Shown here: positions 56,872 through 63,490 of the stretch, in pieces
Layout: each line of letters opens with the position of its first letter
Numbering within the stretch: the stretch's first letter is position 1
DNA from: a virus
Virus record (IMG/VR): IMGVR_UViG_3300042507_004023
DNA length: 64,000 bases
Reading direction: 5' to 3' (one strand)
Made by a program: the position numbers and the translations under genes
The notes under the pieces: generated by a model
Told to the model about the DNA's origin: nothing
The model's input: only the letters and a program-made list of their open reading frames with translations
The model's database searches: none

Positions 56872-57516
56872 ATGTCAGGAAACGCACGAAGACTAGCCGA
56901 AGCCGCAAATCAGATTATTAACTCACAGCCTATTAATGAAGCCTATAAAGCCGGAGACAAGGTAAAGGTTCCACACAAGGGCAAGATGGTAAAAGGCAAG
57001 ATTGTTCGCTACGATGATGGCGGAACAGACAAGGCAAGACAGTCGGGTGGAGGATATGTGGTGGATGTTGGTGAGCCTGCAAGCATCCTAGTTCCTGCAA
57101 ACAAGGTGGTTAAAGAAGCCGCAAATCAGATTGATGAAATAAGTAAAGCAACCAAGGATGCGTATGTCGCCAAGCGTGGCTCACAACTCTCATCCATGTT
57201 GAGCGGACATACTAAGGGCAAGCAACTCACAGGCAAGCAGCAAGCCAATGCCGTGAAGGGCATCAAGCAGGCTATGGGTGTGAAGGAAGAAACTGCTGAG
57301 ATTACTGAAGCACCATACACTCCTGCTAACGATTACGAAGGTGAAATGGCAATGACTCAACTAAAGTCGGTTATTGAAAAGGCAACCGAGACTCTTGCAA
57401 TGCTGAAGCCAGAAGCCAAAATGGAAGCATGGGTGCAAAGCAAGATTACCTTGTGCGACGAGCATATCTCGTGCGTTCGTGATTATTTAAAGCACACACC
57501 AGGTGCGGTGAGTTAA
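56872..57516 (+). CDS. Modular late head protein with repeated (L/I/V)-x-E cleavage-type sites
   Basis: LAE, INE, VKE, IDE, ITE linkers; C-terminal DYEGEMA..QL...EAWVQSKIT module; CTAAATA at 56843 and AGGAG SD. Confidence 0.65.
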   Translation: MSGNARRLAEAANQIINSQPINEAYKAGDKVKVPHKGKMVKGKIVRYDDGGTDKARQSGGGYVVDVGEPASILVPANKVVKEAANQIDEISKATKDAYVAKRGSQLSSMLSGHTKGKQLTGKQQANAVKGIKQAMGVKEETAEITEAPYTPANDYEGEMAMTQLKSVIEKATETLAMLKPEAKMEAWVQSKITLCDEHISCVRDYLKHTPGAVS

Positions 57517-57813
57517 ATGAACAAAAACTACGAACAAATCTTGGAGTCGGCTGATGCGGCTTTAGCCCGCTTAAACGAACTATACTATCGTAAAGCACAT
57601 CCAACCAATCCGATTCTCATTCCTGCAAAGCGAGTATACGACGAGTTTTTCAAGTATGTGAAGAATAGCGGGATCATGTTCAACCAACTCAAAGCGGAAC
57701 AGGCGGTTGAAGAGGTGTTTCGTGTTCGTCAATCAACGAGGTCGTCAGGCAGCACAGGAGAACTAGTGATGACTGCTTTTTTGGTTTACAAGCGATATAT
57801 GGGAATTAGTTAA
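57517..57813 (+). CDS. Hypothetical late protein (possible internal protein)
   Basis: MNKNYEQILE...RLNE; abuts the previous stop. Confidence 0.55.
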   Translation: MNKNYEQILESADAALARLNELYYRKAHPTNPILIPAKRVYDEFFKYVKNSGIMFNQLKAEQAVEEVFRVRQSTRSSGSTGELVMTAFLVYKRYMGIS

Positions 57814-57828
57814 GTTAACTTTTAATTT

Positions 57829-57909
57829 TTAAAATCCCATCGCTCTGGCTAGCAAAATCCCTACCAGAAACGAACTCACACAAACCAAGAATTTTTGAAA
57901 TCGGGTCAT
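57829..57909 (-). CDS. 26-aa hydrophobic peptide (not in ORF track)
   Basis: MTRFQKFLVCVSSFLVGILLARAMGF; AAGGAGG SD; TTCACA-N16-TAGTAT upstream. Confidence 0.55.
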   Translation of the reverse strand: MTRFQKFLVCVSSFLVGILLARAMGF

Positions 57910-57964
57910 ACGAAACCTCCTTGTATGATTCCTATACTATCTATTTTAATTTTTGTGTGAACCC

Positions 57965-57992
57965 TTGACAAAACTGTAAAATCGGGTATAAT
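57965..57992 (+). promoter_or_regulatory. Consensus sigma70-like promoter TTGACA-N16-TATAAT, 7 nt before ATG 58000
   Basis: Perfect hexamers. Confidence 0.85.
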
Positions 57993-57999
57993 TGAGGAT

Positions 58000-58410
58000 A
58001 TGGCTACTCATCCTCTCAGCGTTCTTGTTCTTGACGATGATTCGCAGCGACACGCTGCTTTCGTGGCAAACAATCCGAATTGTCAGGTTCATTCGGTTTA
58101 CACCTGCAAGGAGGCGGTGGCTGCGATATACGATCAGCATTTTGATGTGATTTGCTTCGATCACGACTTGGGATGGAACACCGAGCAGAACACCTACGAG
58201 ACCTCTATTCCGTTCGCACAAACGGTGCGTCGGTTGATTGATGAGGGCGGCATTCTTGATTCCGTAATCATGTTGGTGCATTCCGCAAATCCTGTGGGGG
58301 CTCAAGACATTCTGAGTTACTTTGCGAGAACCATGAATCACTCATTCAAGGTTCCGTGGGCTTGGCGAATGCCGAATCTGTTTCACACCATTTGTGCTGA
58401 TGGAACTTGA
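58000..58410 (+). CDS. Cyclic-phosphate-processing receiver (cREC)-like domain protein
   Basis: VLVLDDD, FDVICFDHDLG, HSANPVGAQDI. Confidence 0.75.
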   Translation: MATHPLSVLVLDDDSQRHAAFVANNPNCQVHSVYTCKEAVAAIYDQHFDVICFDHDLGWNTEQNTYETSIPFAQTVRRLIDEGGILDSVIMLVHSANPVGAQDILSYFARTMNHSFKVPWAWRMPNLFHTICADGT

Positions 58411-58849
58411 TCGCGTCTACACTTTTGAGTGTGCCGCCTCGTTCGGCACTCTGCCACAATCCGTGGTGAACACCTTGTTCACGGACGGTCGCCATGCCGC
58501 AGGCTTTTTAGAGCGACAATTGGAAATATGGTTTCCAAACTTAAAGTTCATGGACGGTCGCGGCTTCGATCATCAGGACGAGCAGGGAACACGCTATGAA
58601 GCGAAATGCTTCACTCCACGCGGAGCCGACTATTCTGCATCGAAATTTAAAGGTGCAGGCAGGCGAATCAATCTGACAGAACACGCTGAAACCGCGAAAC
58701 AATTAATTTACATTATGTGTGATGTTGTGGATTTTCCTGTGGTTCATGTGCTGTTTAAGCGTGGCGAAACCTTGTTGGCTAGATATCCGAACGGCAAGAT
58801 TCCGTTCAATCAACGATCACAACTTTTTATCGCAGGAGATACTTGTTAA
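58394..58849 (+). CDS. Putative PD-(D/E)XK restriction-endonuclease-fold protein
   Basis: GFDHQDEQGTRYEAKCFT (D...ExK). Confidence 0.5.
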   Translation: MLMELDRVYTFECAASFGTLPQSVVNTLFTDGRHAAGFLERQLEIWFPNLKFMDGRGFDHQDEQGTRYEAKCFTPRGADYSASKFKGAGRRINLTEHAETAKQLIYIMCDVVDFPVVHVLFKRGETLLARYPNGKIPFNQRSQLFIAGDTC

Positions 58850-58850
58850 C

Positions 58851-59009
58851 ATGGAGTCTGCTTGGATTGAGACGGCAGCAGTGGTGACGCTGATTGTGAT
58901 TCTTACGGTTCGCCGTTGGATGAGACTTGTTAAATGGATGCTTGTTCCGATTGCGATATGGATACTAATACGAGCCCTTGATCGTGCTAGGAAAAGGAGT
59001 TACCCGTGA
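58851..59009 (+). CDS. Small membrane protein (52 aa)
   Basis: Two hydrophobic stretches and a basic tail. Confidence 0.5.
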   Translation: MESAWIETAAVVTLIVILTVRRWMRLVKWMLVPIAIWILIRALDRARKRSYP

Positions 59010-59110
59010 ATTTTTGGGCAGGAATGGCTAGCGGATTTGCTGTTGTAGCCGTCACCTTCGGGGTGGGTTATGCGGCATGGAGCATTTTCTTTGCGGAGAA
59101 GAACCGATGA
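59006..59110 (+). CDS. 34-aa membrane peptide (GTG start, not in ORF track)
   Basis: AAGGAG SD; NFWAGMASGFAVVAVTFGVGYAAWSIFF; GTGA/ATGA overlaps. Confidence 0.5.
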   Translation: MNFWAGMASGFAVVAVTFGVGYAAWSIFFAEKNR

Positions 59111-59265
59111 AGCGAAAAAGTAAAAAATTGAAAATGCCGCCTCGTGGCGCACAACATCAACGCCCAAAAAGTTGGAGCAAGCGGGAAGAGCAGCAGGATC
59201 CGCGTCGGCAGCGTAAGCGCAGACGGCTCACCATATTTCTTGAAGACTACTGTATGCCCGTGTGA
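59107..59265 (+). CDS. Small very basic protein (52 aa)
   Basis: MKRKSKKLKMPPRG...; ATGA overlap. Confidence 0.5.
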   Translation: MKRKSKKLKMPPRGAQHQRPKSWSKREEQQDPRRQRKRRRLTIFLEDYCMPV

Positions 59266-59279
59266 TCCACGGGTTTTTT
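59257..59279 (+). terminator. Rho-independent terminator
   Basis: CCCGTG-TGATC-CACGGG plus T run. Confidence 0.7.
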
Positions 59280-59320
59280 ATTTAACTGCTGCTGCGAAAA
59301 GCAGTTAACACATAAATAAA

Positions 59321-59451
59321 GGTGATCGGGCTGAGTTGGTTGTAGGATAGTGTAACAGCGAACTACGCCATTCATGCTTTAAAAGGGAACTTCGCTACCT
59401 TTAGATCGTCGTAGTAACCTCAGTCCCGAGCAGTCTGGACTGAGGTTTTTT
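59321..59451 (+). ncRNA. Candidate late-transcribed structured RNA (about 130 nt)
   Basis: Bounded by CATAAATA (59311) and a terminator (59417-59451); no ORF; several complementary segments. Confidence 0.45.
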
Positions 59452-59464
59452 ACTGCGATTACAC

Positions 59465-59492
59465 TTGCATTTCTCACGAGTTCAAGTATACT
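59465..59492 (+). promoter_or_regulatory. Sigma70-like promoter TTGCAT-N16-TATACT, 6 nt before ATG 59499
   Basis: Hexamer match. Confidence 0.75.
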
Positions 59493-59498
59493 ACACCT

Positions 59499-59834
59499 AT
59501 GGAAACCAGCATCGCATACTGTCTATGGCGACCGCCTGCGCGTGGCGGGGATGGGGCTATATTAGAGTTTCATCCCACCGCAACCGCAACCACGGAGAAA
59601 CACGGATGGGTTGAACTCAGAAATCACGGCAACAGTTTGGTGCGAGTTTGGGGTGGCGGTGGCGAAGATGAATGGCTTCAAACGGGCGATGCCACATTGC
59701 TGAGATTGCCGGTAGCCAGAACCGTATGGGATAATCTTGTTAGAGCAGGATGGGAGCCGCTATCACCCAACACGCCACGAAAATGGTTTATCAAGGATCT
59801 TCCCCCATCACGAGATTGGATGGGAGATTGTTAA
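59499..59834 (+). CDS. Hypothetical protein, R-x-x-W-x-x-L-x-x-x-GW family
   Basis: ARTVWDNLVRAGW. Confidence 0.6.
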   Translation: METSIAYCLWRPPARGGDGAILEFHPTATATTEKHGWVELRNHGNSLVRVWGGGGEDEWLQTGDATLLRLPVARTVWDNLVRAGWEPLSPNTPRKWFIKDLPPSRDWMGDC

Positions 59835-59838
59835 CTAA

Positions 59839-60046
59839 CAGGGGTTAGTGCAACGAAAGTTGCCAAGCGAGACAGGTTCACCTTACTCTCGTTTCCCCTG
59901 ATACGGGTGATCGTATTCCCGGGTTCCGGAGCCCTAACGATCTGCGTTGTCACCGTGTAAGAGTCAACGGGTCTGGGTCAGAAGCCTCCTATTCCGAACG
60001 GCTTCCGCTTCTCCTCCTGAGCGATATCAGGAGGATTTTTTATTTT
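59839..60046 (+). ncRNA. Candidate multi-domain structured RNA (about 200 nt) ending in a terminator
   Basis: Nested helices, GAAA tetraloop hairpin, no ORF, terminal CTCCTGA/TCAGGAG stem plus T run; strand assignment tentative. Confidence 0.5.
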
Positions 60047-60050
60047 AACT

Positions 60051-60902
60051 TTACAGGGCCACCGTGGCTGTGTCTGTTTCAGGCGGATACCAGCGTTTCT
60101 TTGGAAGACACACACAGTAACCCTTACCTAACGGATTTGGATTTGAAAGCACTAAGGGAATATGAGTGTCATTGCTATTAATCCATTCGGTTCCCCACAA
60201 CGACGCTAAACAATCACTCCATGATTCGTTTTTTATTGTGAATTGTATTTGACCTGCAACATGCGTAGGATTTCCGCCAACCGCCTTTTGAGCAAAAATT
60301 TTAACTTGCAACTCTAATTCTCTGCACTCTTCAGAATCAGAAGTGTTTCTGAATACACACGAACAGTTGCGTTTGGTTTTGTTTTTGATTATGTTGTTTA
60401 TTAACTCTGAAGAGTTTGGCAACTCTTTCAACTTAAATTTGCCGTGTATTTCTGTAGGATTACCCGAGGGAGAGATATTGTTAAAATCAAAGTCTGACAC
60501 AAAAACATCGTTAATGTAAAGTTTAAAACTAGAATCACCGCAACCGTGTCCAATTGCACAGTAACCAAAATAGTAGTCCCATTTGAATTCAATATCACCA
60601 ATTTCTTCTTCAGTTATAGTTCGCATATTTGGAGTTCGGTGTCCAATACAACCTCCTCGGACTAAAATAGGAGTTGTAGGCAAGTCTGGATTGTTGTTAC
60701 AGCCAGCACAACCCATAGGGCCTCCGCCGCCTTTTTTAAAGTTGTTAGAACCCATAGGGCCTCCGCCGCCTTTTTTAAAGTTGTTAGAAGGTATGGATAG
60801 AGAATCTGTGCGTGTGTTGTCTGTATTCTTTTTTTCTACAGACGCTACAGACGCAGTTAAAATGTTAATAATATCATTGTAGTTGTTAACAGGTAACGAC
60901 AT
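60051..60902 (-). CDS. Cys-rich late hypothetical protein
   Basis: 283 aa, many Cys, AT-rich; TAAATA (60929-60924) and AAAGGGG SD. Confidence 0.6.
   Translation of the reverse strand: MSLPVNNYNDIINILTASVASVEKKNTDNTRTDSLSIPSNNFKKGGGGPMGSNNFKKGGGGPMGCAGCNNNPDLPTTPILVRGGCIGHRTPNMRTITEEEIGDIEFKWDYYFGYCAIGHGCGDSSFKLYINDVFVSDFDFNNISPSGNPTEIHGKFKLKELPNSSELINNIIKNKTKRNCSCVFRNTSDSEECRELELQVKIFAQKAVGGNPTHVAGQIQFTIKNESWSDCLASLWGTEWINSNDTHIPLVLSNPNPLGKGYCVCLPKKRWYPPETDTATVAL
60711..60788. repeat. Perfect 39-bp tandem duplication (SNNFKKGGGGPMG x2)
   Basis: ACCCATAGGGCCTCCGCCGCCTTTTTTAAAGTTGTTAGA twice. Confidence 0.95.
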
Positions 60903-60980
60903 GGCGCATTTCCCCTTTATCGGTATTTATTGGTATCTAAAATTGTAATTTAATAATAGAAACTACACAACGCCCCTCAC

Positions 60981-61009
60981 TTGCGTTTTTTTCTGATTCC
61001 GTGTATACT
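60981..61009 (+). promoter_or_regulatory. Sigma70-like promoter TTGCGT-N17-TATACT, 6 nt before ATG 61016
   Basis: Hexamer match. Confidence 0.7.
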
Positions 61010-61015
61010 ACCCGT

Positions 61016-61627
61016 ATGAGCAAACCACGCCTAGTTTACGGGTTTGGAGTAAACGATGCGAACTATCCTGTAACCAGTCGAGTTAACGGTCGGCAGGTGT
61101 GCTGTCCGTATTATCAAACTTGGCGCAGCATGTTGCATCGTTGCTACGGTAAGAAATCCTTGAAATACAATCAGGCTTACATTGGATGCTCGGTGACGGA
61201 AGAGTGGAAATTCTTTTCTAAATTTAAAAGTTGGATGGAACGGCAATCATGGCAAGGCTATGAACTAGACAAAGATTTAAAATGTCTGGGCAACCGAGTG
61301 TATTCTCCTGAGTGTTGTCTGTTTGTGCCGAAAGTGGTAAACAACTTTTGGATTGGTCAAGAAGAAGTTGACCGAGGAGTAACTTACGATGCTACACGAA
61401 AGAAAACTCCGTGGCGGGCTAGGTGCGGATCAGGCACACGCAAGGGAAGATGGACAGCATACTTTCCTACCAAGCAAGACGCTAGAATCGGTTATCTGAA
61501 ATATAAAATTCAATTAGGAGAACAGATTCTTGCAGGCTTACAGTCGCCTGAAGTGGCGGTTGCATTCAAGGCACGGCTAGTCGTATTGCAAGTCGTATTG
61601 CAGGAAGAATTAAACAGGGGTAGTTAA
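61016..61627 (+). CDS. HNH-like endonuclease with AP2-like C-terminal DNA-binding domain (free-standing homing-endonuclease type)
   Basis: YQTWRSMLHRCY, YIGCSVTEEW..FSKFKSWM, ELDKD...GNRVYSPECCLFVP..VN, GVTY...WRARC. Confidence 0.7.
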   Translation: MSKPRLVYGFGVNDANYPVTSRVNGRQVCCPYYQTWRSMLHRCYGKKSLKYNQAYIGCSVTEEWKFFSKFKSWMERQSWQGYELDKDLKCLGNRVYSPECCLFVPKVVNNFWIGQEEVDRGVTYDATRKKTPWRARCGSGTRKGRWTAYFPTKQDARIGYLKYKIQLGEQILAGLQSPEVAVAFKARLVVLQVVLQEELNRGS

Positions 61628-61628
61628 A

Positions 61629-61653
61629 CACTTCCCCCCACTTCCCCCCACTT
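61629..61653. repeat. Short direct repeat CACTTCCCCC x2 plus CACTT
   Basis: Visible 10-bp tandem unit right after the HNH gene. Confidence 0.8.
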
Positions 61654-61852
61654 GCGGACCGGCGGGGAATGAGTGTTTTCGTGTTCACCTTAGCGGTCGG
61701 TGTATCGCGTCTTTTTAAATTCACCGCTGAATATTTTTGCATAACTATTCAACTTTATTCATCGCAAAAATTATCGGACGCACCCCCCGTTTTTCAGCGG
61801 AAAACCGCCATGTCCGATAATAAAAATCTTTCCCGATTTCCGTCCAACCCTC

Positions 61853-61881
61853 TTGCGCCGGCCCCGATTCTAGGCTATAAT
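61853..61881 (+). promoter_or_regulatory. Sigma70-like promoter TTGCGC-N17-TATAAT, 7 nt before ATG 61889
   Basis: Hexamer match. Confidence 0.7.
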
Positions 61882-61888
61882 TAAGGAT

Positions 61889-63166
61889 ATGACCACCGTT
61901 TCTACTCTTGGCAATCGTGCGGCCGCTCAGGTCGCTTTCATTCACGCCGCTCTCGCTCTCACGAACGGCTCGCCCGTTGTGACCCGCGAGCAAGTTCTGC
62001 ATGCCGCTCGCAAGGCGGGTCTGCCGAATCCGGCGTGGCTCACCAACAATCCAGAATTCCGTGCGGGTCGCGGCAAGTATCGCATTCCCGCCGACAAGAT
62101 TGCGCTGGCTTCCGCTAGTGCGATGCCGAAGTCGCGTCCTGCGGCTACGGCTACCCTGAACACTCCCGTCAAGTCTGCTGCACCGGTGGTCGCTTCGGCG
62201 GCTTCGACGGGTTCTCCTCTCGTGGACTCCACTCTCTCGCTCGCGGCGATTGCAGAGTGCGGTAACGCGATTCCTGAAAAGGATTCCCTCTTCGTGGCTT
62301 ACGGCCACTACGATACGGTGAAGCGTATCATCGGCTCGACCCGATGGGCTCCCTCGTATGTGGTTGGCCCCTCGGGCTGCGGCAAGACCTACGCTTACCA
62401 GCAGGCCTGTGCGGATTTGAAGCGTGAATACTTTGAGGTGCAGATCACCACGGAAACCACCGAAGACGATCTGCTCGGCGGCTTCCGTCTTGTGAACGGG
62501 GAAACCAAGTTCATCTACGGCCCTGTTACCCTCGCCATGATGCGTGGCGGCTTCCTGGTGCTCGACGAGATCGACCAGGCCACGAGCAAGGTGATGTGCC
62601 TTCAGCAGGTTCTCAACGGCAAGCCGGTGTTTCTGAAGAAGATCAATCAGTGGGTGAAGCCTGCTGCGGGCTTCAATGTGGGAGCAACCGCGAATACCAA
62701 GGGCAACGGCGATGATACGGGTCGCTTCGTGGGTGCGAATCCCTTGAATGTGGCATTCCGTGATCGTCTGAGCGGCATGTGCTTCGTGGCGGATTATCCC
62801 ACGCCGACCGTCGAGAAGAAGATTCTGAACAAGGCCATGTCCGCCGCAGGTGTGGACGACAGCGAATTCGCGGGTCTGCTCGTGGATTGGGCGGGCATGA
62901 TTCGCAAGACGAACCGCGAGGGCGGCCTGGACGAAACCATGACCACGCGACGGTTGGTGCAGATCGCTCAGAATCTCAGCATTCTCGGTGAGCGCACCCT
63001 TGCGGTGGAACTCGGCATCAACATCTACGACGAGATCACCCGCGAGGCGATGCTGTCTCTGTTCCAGAAGATTGATCCCGCGAACGCTCCGAAGAGCGAT
63101 ACCCTCGGTCAGGCTCCGCAGGAAGCGACCGCAGCGAACACGCCTAGCACCAAGTGCCCGTTCTGA
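61889..63166 (+). CDS. MoxR/CbbQ/CobS-like AAA+ ATPase
   Basis: VGPSGCGKT Walker A, EDDLLGGFRL, LVLDEID Walker B, ATANTKG.GD..GRFVG.N.LN.AFRDR, MTTRRL. Confidence 0.88.
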   Translation: MTTVSTLGNRAAAQVAFIHAALALTNGSPVVTREQVLHAARKAGLPNPAWLTNNPEFRAGRGKYRIPADKIALASASAMPKSRPAATATLNTPVKSAAPVVASAASTGSPLVDSTLSLAAIAECGNAIPEKDSLFVAYGHYDTVKRIIGSTRWAPSYVVGPSGCGKTYAYQQACADLKREYFEVQITTETTEDDLLGGFRLVNGETKFIYGPVTLAMMRGGFLVLDEIDQATSKVMCLQQVLNGKPVFLKKINQWVKPAAGFNVGATANTKGNGDDTGRFVGANPLNVAFRDRLSGMCFVADYPTPTVEKKILNKAMSAAGVDDSEFAGLLVDWAGMIRKTNREGGLDETMTTRRLVQIAQNLSILGERTLAVELGINIYDEITREAMLSLFQKIDPANAPKSDTLGQAPQEATAANTPSTKCPF

Positions 63167-63169
63167 TCT

Positions 63170-63200
63170 TTGGAGGTGTGTGCCTCCAAGTTTTCACTTT
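63170..63200 (+). terminator. Hairpin with T-rich tail (possible terminator/attenuator)
   Basis: TTGGAGG-TGTGTG-CCTCCAA then GTTTTCACTTTT. Confidence 0.55.
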
Positions 63201-63235
63201 TACTTCAACTCGTTTCTTGAAAGGAAACTCTCACT

Positions 63236-63490
63236 ATGCGTAACAACAACAAGTATTTCGTGACCGTGACCGTGGATCTGTTCGATGGCAGCACTGAGAC
63301 CAAGTTTGACGGTTTCAGCAAGCGTCTGTGCGGCACGAACATCAAGCCTGCTGGCATCGACTACATCGGTGATTCGGTGGCTTACACCTACAAGACCACG
63401 GATGCGGGTCTTCCCATCGTGCTGAAGCGTTGGAATGATCGTCTGGGCAGCGGCATGGACGCGGCTCAGGTCACGGTTGATCTCGCCTAA
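63236..63490 (+). CDS. Hypothetical protein
   Basis: AAGGA SD; GC-rich codon usage. Confidence 0.65.
   Translation: MRNNNKYFVTVTVDLFDGSTETKFDGFSKRLCGTNIKPAGIDYIGDSVAYTYKTTDAGLPIVLKRWNDRLGSGMDAAQVTVDLA

Noticed and set aside
59839-59900. c-di-GMP-I riboswitch
   Set aside because: Has a GAAA-capped hairpin in a three-way junction but lacks the GCAAA and GACGCAAAG consensus segments; kept only as an unclassified ncRNA candidate
61745-62308. 187-aa minus-strand ORF and other long alternative frames in the MoxR gene
   Set aside because: Expected by-product of high GC content; Arg/Ser-rich with no initiation signals
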